Assembly (NCBI GenBank): GCA_040767085.1
Contig: JAXGPF010000013.1
Location: 96,001-160,000 of the forward strand
DNA length: 64,000 nucleotides
DNA from: Kiritimatiellia bacterium
GTDB taxonomy: Bacteria; Verrucomicrobiota; Kiritimatiellia; JAAZAB01
Reading direction: 5' to 3'
Shown: positions 39,567 through 49,684 of the stretch, in pieces
Numbering within the stretch: the stretch's first letter is position 1
How the letters are laid out: each line of letters starts with the position of its first letter
Program-made: the position numbers and the translations under genes
Notes under the pieces: model-generated
What the model saw: only the letters and a program-made list of their open reading frames with translations
What the model was told of the DNA's origin: nothing
The model's database searches: none

Positions 39567-40784
39567 CTAGCGGGTCAGGCGGGCAAAGCCCCGCTTGCCG
39601 ACCTGCAAGATGCAGCCCGTGGCAACTTCCACGTCGGCCCGGGGGTCGGTTATTTTCTGGTCGCCCAGGCGGACGGCGCCCTGCTGGACCAGGCGCCGGG
39701 CGGCGGCGTTGCTTTCCGCCAGGCCGGCGGCTACGATGAGGGCGGCCACCCAGATGCGATTATCCTTGAATTGGTCGGCTGGCAGGACCACTTCGGGCAT
39801 ATCCTTGGGCAGTTGATGTTCGGCGAAAACCCTTTTGAATTCCACTGCGGCGGCCGCGGCCGCCTCCGCGCCGTGGAACTTGCCGGTCACGGCCTGCGCC
39901 AATTCGTCCTTGAGATCGCGGGGATGCAGTTTTCCCGCGGCCAGGGCCTGTTGTCGGCTGACAGTTTCAGAGGCCGGCCGGCACAGGACCAGTTCGAAGT
40001 ACCGCCACATCAACTCGTCGGGGATGGACATCAATTTGCCGTACATGGCGTCGGGCGGTTCCGTCACCCCGACGTAGTTGCCGAGGCTTTTGCTCATTTT
40101 ACGGTTGCCGTCCAAGCCTTCCAGCAGCGGCAGGGTCAGCACGGACTGCTGTTCCTTGCCGAAAGCCTTTTGCAGGTCGCGGCCGACCAGCAGGTTAAAC
40201 AACTGGTCGGTGCCGCCGATTTCGACATCGGCGTCAACCATCACCGAATCGTATCCCTGCACCAGGGGGTAGAGCAGTTCCACCAGCGACACCGGGAAAT
40301 TCGCCTGCATCCTTTTTTGAAAATCCTCCCGCGCCAGCATGCGGGCAACGGTAATTTTAGCGGTCAGACGCAGGATATCTTCGAATTTCAGGGGCGCGCA
40401 CCATTCGGAATTAAAACGGACTTCCGTGCGCCGCGGATCGAGGATTTTAAAAACCTGTTCCTGGTAACTGCGGGCATTGTCCTGGACTTGTGCGCGCGTC
40501 AGGGGCGGACGGGTATCGGAGCGTCCGGAAGGATCGCCGATCATGCCGGTGAAATCGCCGATGATGAAGACCACCAGGTGCCCCAGGTCCTGGAATTCGC
40601 GGAGTTTGTTCAGCCCCACCACGTGCCCCAGGTGGATATCCGGCGCGGAGGGGTCGGCCCCGTATTTGACGCGCAATGGCCGGTTAGCGGCGCGGGCCTG
40701 TTCCAGTTTGCGGCGCAACTCGTCGCGGGAGACCAGGTCTACAGCCCGGTCCGTGATGATGTCCAGTTGTTGATCGATTTCCAT
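39567..40784 (-). CDS. tyrS: Tyrosine--tRNA ligase
   Basis: GADPS..HLGH, YPLVQGYD, GGTDQLFN, KMSKS, C-terminal S4 domain. Confidence 0.97.
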   Translation of the reverse strand: MEIDQQLDIITDRAVDLVSRDELRRKLEQARAANRPLRVKYGADPSAPDIHLGHVVGLNKLREFQDLGHLVVFIIGDFTGMIGDPSGRSDTRPPLTRAQVQDNARSYQEQVFKILDPRRTEVRFNSEWCAPLKFEDILRLTAKITVARMLAREDFQKRMQANFPVSLVELLYPLVQGYDSVMVDADVEIGGTDQLFNLLVGRDLQKAFGKEQQSVLTLPLLEGLDGNRKMSKSLGNYVGVTEPPDAMYGKLMSIPDELMWRYFELVLCRPASETVSRQQALAAGKLHPRDLKDELAQAVTGKFHGAEAAAAAAVEFKRVFAEHQLPKDMPEVVLPADQFKDNRIWVAALIVAAGLAESNAAARRLVQQGAVRLGDQKITDPRADVEVATGCILQVGKRGFARLTR

Positions 40785-40812
40785 GGCGTGGCGCGCAGGA
40801 TCAAGACTGTCA

Positions 40813-41105
40813 CCTTAATCCGTGACGGGATTTTATGTTGTTAAGACAATGTCTGAATAAACAACAATTTATGAAGTTTTACAATATCACCAAAGATGTG
40901 CGGCGTTGTTTGACTGAAAAGACCGCCCTGCGGGTGAGGCCATTGTGCCGCATCTGCTTTGTTGCGAAGGATCCCGCTTTGCGGGATAAACTTGCGGCTT
41001 GTCCCGCTATAGCGGGATATGTTTATACAGCTTCATCCTTCGCGCCGCGCATCCTTGTCCCGCTTCCAGCGGGATGCGGCATACTGGCCTCATCACGGAT
41101 TCAGG
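40813..41105. mobile_element. MITE family A, copy 2 (293 bp) with three mini-hairpin insertions
   Basis: TIR CCTTAATCCGTGA/TCACGGATTCAGG; TSD TGTCA/TGTTA; 233 bp + 19 + 20 + 21 bp inserts at 40972, 40998 and 41054. Confidence 0.85.
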
Positions 41106-41203
41106 TGTTATCCAGCGCACAGAATGGCCGGCCGCCAGGCCGCGCTTGCCTGCCGGCAATGGGCCGCCGGGATGGCGGTCCATTGCCATGCCGGGCAGCG
41201 GTA

Positions 41204-43021
<1,818 letters not shown>

Positions 43022-43206
43022 GTTTGATTGCTTTGCTTGGTTTGCGGGCTTGGTTGATAATGAGTTAAGCTCCAGGCGGAAACAGCCCAATAATTTCCGG
43101 CTAAACTGGAAAACCTGCCATTTTCCGCTGCAAATAGCAAGCTAAAAAATGTTTATGCGAATTTTAACGGGTGGGCTGCGTCATTTTCAGAACAGACGGA
43201 TCGGTA

Positions 43207-43299
43207 CGGAGACCTCGCCCTACCATCGGATCAAAGGACTGGCCGCCCTACCGGTTCACAAGCATTTGTCGTGGGTAGGGCGAGACCTCCGGGCGAGCC
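43207..43299. repeat. Cluster of GTAG-type REP-like units
   Basis: CGGAGACCTCGCCCTACC and GCCCTACC (minus orientation) and GGTAGGGCGAGACCTCCG (plus orientation). Confidence 0.5.
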
Positions 43300-43356
43300 G
43301 CCGAAAATGACGCAGTCCTGATTTTAACTGCTGGTCCCGGCCGGCGGCGGGCGGGT

Positions 43357-43725
43357 TTATGCCTCGCGTCGCGGCGGCAGGGGCTTCTTGACGCCTGCTT
43401 CGTCCAGGCGCACGAAGGTGATGGCGGTGCTGAAAATATGGCGTTCGGGCCGGTCGCCCGCCGCGACTTCAAACACATCCACGCTGTAGGAAGTCGAGGT
43501 GGTGCCGGTGCGGACATGGGCGGAGCGGAACCGCAGGATGCCGCCGTTCTCGACGCGTTGCCGGAAGACAATCCGGTCCATGGCGATGGTCACCAGGACG
43601 CACCCGGGGAAATCCAGCGAAGCGGCGATCCAGGCGAATTCATCCACCCACTTCAAGAGCGCCCCTCCGAAAAGGAATCCCTGGTGGTTCAAGTGTTCCG
43701 GCCGCACGATGACGTAATTGTCCAT
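43357..43725 (-). CDS. Acyl-CoA thioesterase (HotDog fold)
   Basis: VRPEHLN..LFGG.LLKWVDE, VTIAMD, GTTS. Confidence 0.9.
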   Translation of the reverse strand: MDNYVIVRPEHLNHQGFLFGGALLKWVDEFAWIAASLDFPGCVLVTIAMDRIVFRQRVENGGILRFRSAHVRTGTTSTSYSVDVFEVAAGDRPERHIFSTAITFVRLDEAGVKKPLPPRREA

Positions 43726-43867
43726 AGCTTGTATTATAAAGCGCGCGGGCGCGGTTAAGCAAGCAATACTTGAAGTCCAGCCGATTAATTATCTTGACTC
43801 GCCCCGCATGCCGGATATCGTTTTGGGCTGTGTGTCTGTGTGTTCTTTCTTTTGGAAGGAGTAAGTC

Positions 43868-45151
43868 ATGCCGTGGTTTGTCGTCGAAAAGGAATCGGTA
43901 TCCAAGGCTGAAATGCTGGATCTGGCGGAGCGGGCGGCGGCGGAGGCGTTGCGCCGGATCTGCCCCAACCCGAAACGCGTTTTGCTGCTTCCGCCGGACA
44001 TTACCCGCGCGCATTGCGGCGCCGGCTGGATTACCAACCGGTTTTACCACATTTTCGCCCAAATGGCGGAAGTGCACCTGATTCCGACGCTGGGGCAGCA
44101 TGTGCCGCATACCCCGGAACAGAATGCCTGGATGTTCGGCGATATCCCTGAAGAACGCATCCACGCCCACGACTGGCGTTCCGGGTCGAAAGTCATCGGC
44201 GAAGTCCCGGCCGGGTTCGTGAAGGATGTTTCCCGGGGCAAGGCCGATTGGCCGATCCCGGTCTCGCTGAACCGGATGCTTTTGGAGGGCAAGTGGGACT
44301 TGATCGTCAATATCGGGCATATCGTTCCGCACGAGGTGCTGGGATTCGCCAACCACAATAAAAACTACTTTATCGGCCTGGGCGGCAAGGACATGATCTG
44401 CGCCTCGCATATCATGGCGGCATGCTGCGGCATTGAAAACAACCTGGGCCGGATCACCACCCCCTTGCGCGCCTGTTACAACAAGGCCGAGGCGGATTAT
44501 CTCGGCCATTTACCCGACCTGTTCTTCCAGGTGGTCATGGCCTACAATCAAGAGGGGCGTTTGAACCACACCGGCGTGTATGTCGGCGACGACGTGGAAA
44601 CCTATTTGCGCGGCGCGCAGGCATCGCGGCAACAGAACATAACCGTGACGCCGCCGCTGCAAAAGGTGGTGGCCGTGATGCAGGGCGACGAGTTCCACAG
44701 CACCTGGGTGGCCAACAAGGCGATTTACCGCACCCGCATGGCCATGGCCGATGGCGGGGAACTGCTCATCATCGCGCCGGGCTTGCAACGGTTCGGCGAG
44801 CAGCCGGATGTGGACGCCCTGATCCGCCGATACGGCTACCGCGGCACGCCGCGCATCATGCAGTTATGGAAAACCGAACCCGTGCTGCAGGACCTGACCC
44901 ATGGCACCGCCCACCTCATTCACGGTTCGTCCGAGGGCCGGTTCAAAATCACCTACGCGCCGGGACACCTGACCGCCGATGAAATCCATGGCGTGGGGTA
45001 TGAATACGCCGACCTGGCCGCTATGCAGGCGCGGTATCATCCGGACCGGATGAAATACGGATTCAACACCATGCCGGACGGCGAGACGGTGTATTACATT
45101 GCCACGCCGTCGGCGGGATTGTGGAGCACGCGCGAACGCCTGGGCGCCTGA
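43868..45151 (+). CDS. LarA/lactate-racemase-domain protein (sugar-acid epimerase-like)
   Basis: LLPPDITRAH, PTLGQH, HDW, VPHEVLGFANHNK, WVANKAIYRT. Confidence 0.8.
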   Translation: MPWFVVEKESVSKAEMLDLAERAAAEALRRICPNPKRVLLLPPDITRAHCGAGWITNRFYHIFAQMAEVHLIPTLGQHVPHTPEQNAWMFGDIPEERIHAHDWRSGSKVIGEVPAGFVKDVSRGKADWPIPVSLNRMLLEGKWDLIVNIGHIVPHEVLGFANHNKNYFIGLGGKDMICASHIMAACCGIENNLGRITTPLRACYNKAEADYLGHLPDLFFQVVMAYNQEGRLNHTGVYVGDDVETYLRGAQASRQQNITVTPPLQKVVAVMQGDEFHSTWVANKAIYRTRMAMADGGELLIIAPGLQRFGEQPDVDALIRRYGYRGTPRIMQLWKTEPVLQDLTHGTAHLIHGSSEGRFKITYAPGHLTADEIHGVGYEYADLAAMQARYHPDRMKYGFNTMPDGETVYYIATPSAGLWSTRERLGA

Positions 45152-45170
45152 AGGCAGCGCTGATTTAATA

Positions 45171-46100
45171 ATGATTACAAGCGCCAAAAAGCGCTGGTCC
45201 GGATGCCTGGCCATGATGCTGGCCCTGGCCATGTTGGCCGCCTGCCGGCCGGCCTCGCCGCCGCGCTCCCGCGCGGCGCCGGCGCAGGCGCCGCGGCGCA
45301 TCGTCTCGCTCTCGCCTGCCATCACGGAAATATTGTTCGCCATCGGCTGCGGCGAGTGGGTGGTTGGCGTCACCTCGTTTTGCAAATATCCGCCGGCGGC
45401 CGCGGCGCTGCCGAAAGTCGGCGGGTTTTACGATACCAATTACGAATTGGTGATGTCGCTCCGGCCGGACCTGGTGCTGCACACCATCGAGCATGAAGCG
45501 GCGGCGCAAAACCTGCAGGCGCTGGGGCTGGAGTGCCAGGCGTTGTCGCTCTTGTCATTGCCGGATATCATGGCGTCCATCCGCCGGGCGGGCGAACTGT
45601 GCCATGCCGCGGCACCGGCGGCAGCGCTGGCGGATGACGTTCAGGCGCGGATGGATGCCGTTCGCGCCCGGATTCCCCCCGGCGCGCCGGCGCCGGCAGT
45701 CCTGGTTTGCATTGGCCGCAACATGGGGACAGGCGGGCTGTCGGATGTGTACCTGGCCGGGCCGGGCACGATTTACGGCGAAATGCTGCAATTGCTCGGG
45801 GCGCGCAATGTCTATCAAGGCCGCCTGGCTTACGCCCAGGTCGGGCGGGAGGGCATTTTGCGGATGAACCCGGACGTGATTATTGATCTGGCCCCGGATT
45901 TGAACATTACCAATGCCGCTGCCCGCGCGCAATTCCAAGCCGATTGGAACAAGCTGACCTCCGTGCCGGCCGTCAAGCAGCGCCGGGTATATGTGCTGGG
46001 TGGCGATTATGTCTGCATCCCGGGGCCGCGTATTGCCCGGACCCTGGCGGACCTGGCGGCGGCCATCTATCCCGGCGGTGCGCCGGAGGAGGCGCCATGA
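45171..46100 (+). CDS. Cobalamin/Fe-siderophore ABC transporter substrate-binding lipoprotein (BtuF-like)
   Basis: Lipobox LAAC; RIVSLSPAITEILFAIG, VGVTSFCKYP, PGPR. Confidence 0.88.
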   Translation: MITSAKKRWSGCLAMMLALAMLAACRPASPPRSRAAPAQAPRRIVSLSPAITEILFAIGCGEWVVGVTSFCKYPPAAAALPKVGGFYDTNYELVMSLRPDLVLHTIEHEAAAQNLQALGLECQALSLLSLPDIMASIRRAGELCHAAAPAAALADDVQARMDAVRARIPPGAPAPAVLVCIGRNMGTGGLSDVYLAGPGTIYGEMLQLLGARNVYQGRLAYAQVGREGILRMNPDVIIDLAPDLNITNAAARAQFQADWNKLTSVPAVKQRRVYVLGGDYVCIPGPRIARTLADLAAAIYPGGAPEEAP

Positions 46101-46882
46101 CCGCGCCCCTGGTGCAAATACGCGGCTTGGGCCTGCGGCTTGACGGCAAAGATATCCTCCAGGCGCTTGACCTCGAGGTCTGGCCGGGCGAATTCCTGGC
46201 GCTGGTTGGCCCGAATGGCGCCGGCAAAACCAGCCTGATCAAGTGCCTGGCCGGCCTGCATCGCGCCTGGAGCGGCGAGATCATGCTGTCCGGCCGGAAT
46301 TTGCGCCGGTACAGCCGCCGCGCGCTGGCTTGCCGGATCAGTTGCGTTTCCCAGGCGGAAGAGGCAGACATCCCATTCACCTGCCTGGAATTCGTTCTGA
46401 TGTCGCGCTACCCGCATTTGTCGCCGTTCACCACCTTGCGCGCGGCCGACCGTGAATTGGCCGCGCAAGCCCTGGCATTGACCGGCATGCAGCATCTGCG
46501 CGACCGCCGGCTGGACACGCTCAGCGGCGGCGAACGCCGGATGGCGATGATTGCCGCCGCGCTGGCGCAAGGCGCGGAGCTGATGCTGCTGGACGAGCCC
46601 ACGGCCTTTCTGGACTACCAACATCAGCGCCAGGTATTGCAACTGCTGGGCGATTTGAACCGCCGGCGCGGTTTGACGGTGATTGCCGCGCTGCATGACA
46701 TCAATGCCGCCTGCCGCTGGAGCGCGCGGGTGGCCGCCTTGCGGGGCGGTCGGCTGGTGTCCTGTACGCCGCCGGCCGATTTGCTCCAGCCGGAAGCGTT
46801 GCGCGCGGTTTACGATGCTCCGTTCAGTTTTGCCCGGCTGCCGGACGGCCGGCCGCTGGCCGTAGTGGAGGATGTTTCGTGA
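46097..46882 (+). CDS. ABC transporter ATP-binding subunit (BtuD/FepC-like)
   Basis: GPNGAGKT, LSGGERR, LLDEPT, LHDIN. Confidence 0.92.
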   Translation: MTAPLVQIRGLGLRLDGKDILQALDLEVWPGEFLALVGPNGAGKTSLIKCLAGLHRAWSGEIMLSGRNLRRYSRRALACRISCVSQAEEADIPFTCLEFVLMSRYPHLSPFTTLRAADRELAAQALALTGMQHLRDRRLDTLSGGERRMAMIAAALAQGAELMLLDEPTAFLDYQHQRQVLQLLGDLNRRRGLTVIAALHDINAACRWSARVAALRGGRLVSCTPPADLLQPEALRAVYDAPFSFARLPDGRPLAVVEDVS

Positions 46883-47877
46883 AACCAATGTCCCGCCTGT
46901 GGATTCTGATCTTGCTGGGGCTGATGGCGGCGGGTGTCATCTGCGCGGCGCCCATGCTGGGCATGGATTTCATACCGCTGCATACCTTGCTGACCGCGCC
47001 GGAAAGCCTGGCGGCGTCGGTGCTCCGCGATATCCGCCTGTCGCGCGTTTTGACCGCCTTCTGCGTCGGCAGCGCGCTGGCATTGAGCGGGGCGGCGTTT
47101 CAAAGCATGTTCCGCAATCCGCTGGCCACGCCGTTCACCCTGGGGGTGGCTTCCGGCGCGGCGTTCGGCAGCGCCATGTATATCCGGCTCGGGTCAAAAA
47201 TTCTACCGGCCGGCGTGAATGGCGTCGCCCTGGCCGCCTTCGCCGGCAGCCTGCTGGCCATCGGGTTGGTTTACGGCCTGACCCGGCTGCGGCGCGGGTT
47301 TTCCACGGCCACGTTGCTGCTGGCGGGTGTGGCGGTGAGTTTTTTCTTTTCCAGTCTGATAATTTTCGTCCAATACATCAGCGGCCTGGGCCATTCCTTC
47401 CGGATCATGCGGTGGATGATGGGGTCGGTGGAGACCGCCGGCTTTGCGCCGGTATTGGGATTATTACCGTTTATCCTGCCGGGCGCGGCCATCATCTTCC
47501 TGCTCTGCCGGGAATTGAATCTGCTGGCGCTGGGCGACGACTTGGCTGCCAGCCGCGGGGTGGATGTGAACCGCGTGAAGCAATTGGTTTTTTTCGCCGC
47601 CTCGCTCATGGTCGGCGGAGTGGTGGCGGTATGCGGTCCGATCGGGTTTGTCGGGATGATGGCGCCGCATGCCTGCCGGATGCTGCTGGGGCATGACCAC
47701 CGGTTTCTGTTGCCGGGGGCCTTGCTGGCCGGCGGCATCTTCCTGGTGATTTGCGATACATTGGCGCGCACCATGGTGGCGCCGCTGGAAATCCCCGTGG
47801 GTGTGATCACCGCGCTGCTGGGCGGGCCGTTTTTCCTGTGGATCATGCTGACCCGGTCCGACCGCGCGGGCAGGTAG
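46879..47877 (+). CDS. FecCD/BtuC-family ABC permease
   Basis: IRLSR, FRNPLATPFTLGV, GPIGFVG, EIPVGVITALLGGPFF. Confidence 0.92.
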   Translation: MKPMSRLWILILLGLMAAGVICAAPMLGMDFIPLHTLLTAPESLAASVLRDIRLSRVLTAFCVGSALALSGAAFQSMFRNPLATPFTLGVASGAAFGSAMYIRLGSKILPAGVNGVALAAFAGSLLAIGLVYGLTRLRRGFSTATLLLAGVAVSFFFSSLIIFVQYISGLGHSFRIMRWMMGSVETAGFAPVLGLLPFILPGAAIIFLLCRELNLLALGDDLAASRGVDVNRVKQLVFFAASLMVGGVVAVCGPIGFVGMMAPHACRMLLGHDHRFLLPGALLAGGIFLVICDTLARTMVAPLEIPVGVITALLGGPFFLWIMLTRSDRAGR

Positions 47878-47884
47878 GGGGTTG

Positions 47885-47917
47885 CGGCAGGCGCCCGCGC
47901 TTCCGGGCGCCTGCCTT
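47885..47917. terminator. Hairpin terminator between convergent genes
   Basis: GGCAGGCGCCCG-CGCTTC-CGGGCGCCTGCC-TTT. Confidence 0.65.
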
Positions 47918-47946
47918 TGGACAACGGTTATTCGAGGTCCAGCCGG

Positions 47947-49560
47947 TTATTTGAGGTCCAGCCCAAGCAGCGCCTGTCCCGGCGCCGGGTTCAACACCAG
48001 CCGTTCCCCCGCTGGCTCCTCGGCGTCTGTTAATTCCATGACCATGCTGGCGCCGCCATCGCCGGCCTGCGCGAGCAGCAGGTTGCCCGCCAGGCTGCGA
48101 ACAATCCAGCCGGGGATGGCATCGGCAACCACGGTGTAGCCGGCCAGATGCCCGGCGCCGTCTAATTGCGCGATCGCGGCCGCGCCGCCGTCGCCGGCCT
48201 GCGCCAGCAGCCGGTTGCCGTCCAGGTCCCGCGCAATCCAGCCCGGCACCGCATCGGCTACCATGATAAAATCACCCAGCGCATAGCCGGGGCCGAATGC
48301 CTGGATGCCCACCATGCCGCCGTCGCCGGCCTGCGCCAGGATCCGGTTGCCGTCCAGCGCGCGGGCGATCCAGCCCGGCACGGCATTGGCCAGCATGACG
48401 ATGTTGGCGGGTTGGCTGTTGGCATCCAGTTCGACGATGGCGACCGCGCCGCCGTCGCCGGCCTGCGCCAGCAGCCGGTTGCCGTCAATGCCGCGGACAA
48501 CCCAGCCGGGCGCGCTGTCCGTCACCGCGGCCAGGCGCAGGGTCTGGCCTTGATCGTTCAGTCCGATGAGCGTCAGGGCGCCGCCCGGGCCGGCCTGGGC
48601 GATCAGGCGCAGTGTGCGCGCGGCGTTGATGGCAAAGACGCCCTCCGACGTGCTGGCGTAAATTGCGCCGTCACGCAGGCGCACGGTGTCCAGGCGCTCA
48701 TCCGCGCGGGCCACTACCTCGTAGCCGATGCAAAGGCCGTTCAACACCAGCAGCCGGTGCAATTCGCTGGGAGCGGCAAAGGAAGTGGCGGCGGACAGGA
48801 TGTGTCCATCGGGATCGGCCTGGATGCCGGTGCAGCCGTCGCCGGCCGCCAGCAGTGTCCAGCGATGGCCGTCGGGCTGCAAGGGCGCGCCCGAGGGATC
48901 GGCCAGGGCGGCGGCGACTTCCGCGGCGCTCCAGCGATACAGCGTGGGTCCGGCGGTGTTATACCCCTCCGTGTAGAAAAGATTGCCATCTGCGTCGAAA
49001 GCCAGCGGGCCGCTGGCATTGCCGATGATGCCGAGGTTGACTGGCGGGTTGTTGACCAGGTCGCCGTTAGCGTCCAGCGCGCTCTGGTAAATCGCGGCAT
49101 CGGTGCCGCCCGCGGCCCAGAAGTCGCTGCCATCGCGCGTTTCCAGGCCCCAGAGGTCGGCGGCAATGCCCAGGTTGGTTGGCGCTTCGGCGCCCGCCGG
49201 GTTATACCGGAAATAATTGTAATTCCAGTTGTCGTAATTGCCGCCGTCGTTGAAGTAGATCATCCCGCCGATGGCGGTGACCCGCGAGCCGGAAAAGGAG
49301 TTGGTGTCCTGATACAATATTTCCGCCGCGGCGCCGTCATAACGGTAAACGGCAAATCCCAGGTCCCAGAAAGGGTGGCGGGTGGAGTAAAACAGGTTGC
49401 TGGCGGCGTCCCAGTCGAAAGATACCAGGGCGGCATCGGGGTGGGGATTGGCGTAATAGGATTCAGCTTGATAGCCAATCCCGGGGATGAATGCTGCGCA
49501 AACCATGCCGGCCTGCGCGGCCAGCCCAATACTGACGAACCACTTGATCGCTTGCTTCAT
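47947..49560 (-). CDS. Secreted protein: propeller-like N-domain plus five ~41-aa AQAGDGG repeats
   Basis: Signal peptide; GPLAFDADGNLFY; repeated LLAQAGDGG..PGWI.R.LDGNR. Confidence 0.75.
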   Translation of the reverse strand: MKQAIKWFVSIGLAAQAGMVCAAFIPGIGYQAESYYANPHPDAALVSFDWDAASNLFYSTRHPFWDLGFAVYRYDGAAAEILYQDTNSFSGSRVTAIGGMIYFNDGGNYDNWNYNYFRYNPAGAEAPTNLGIAADLWGLETRDGSDFWAAGGTDAAIYQSALDANGDLVNNPPVNLGIIGNASGPLAFDADGNLFYTEGYNTAGPTLYRWSAAEVAAALADPSGAPLQPDGHRWTLLAAGDGCTGIQADPDGHILSAATSFAAPSELHRLLVLNGLCIGYEVVARADERLDTVRLRDGAIYASTSEGVFAINAARTLRLIAQAGPGGALTLIGLNDQGQTLRLAAVTDSAPGWVVRGIDGNRLLAQAGDGGAVAIVELDANSQPANIVMLANAVPGWIARALDGNRILAQAGDGGMVGIQAFGPGYALGDFIMVADAVPGWIARDLDGNRLLAQAGDGGAAAIAQLDGAGHLAGYTVVADAIPGWIVRSLAGNLLLAQAGDGGASMVMELTDAEEPAGERLVLNPAPGQALLGLDLK

Positions 49561-49684
49561 GTTTTACGGATTCCCTGTGTGTTTTACGGATTGTGCGGCA
49601 ATCAATTTAATAGGCGTTGGCTGCGGTTTGTGTCTGGTCCTGCGTTCCCTCCTTCTTGGACTTAACTATGGTCTGTCCGGTGAA

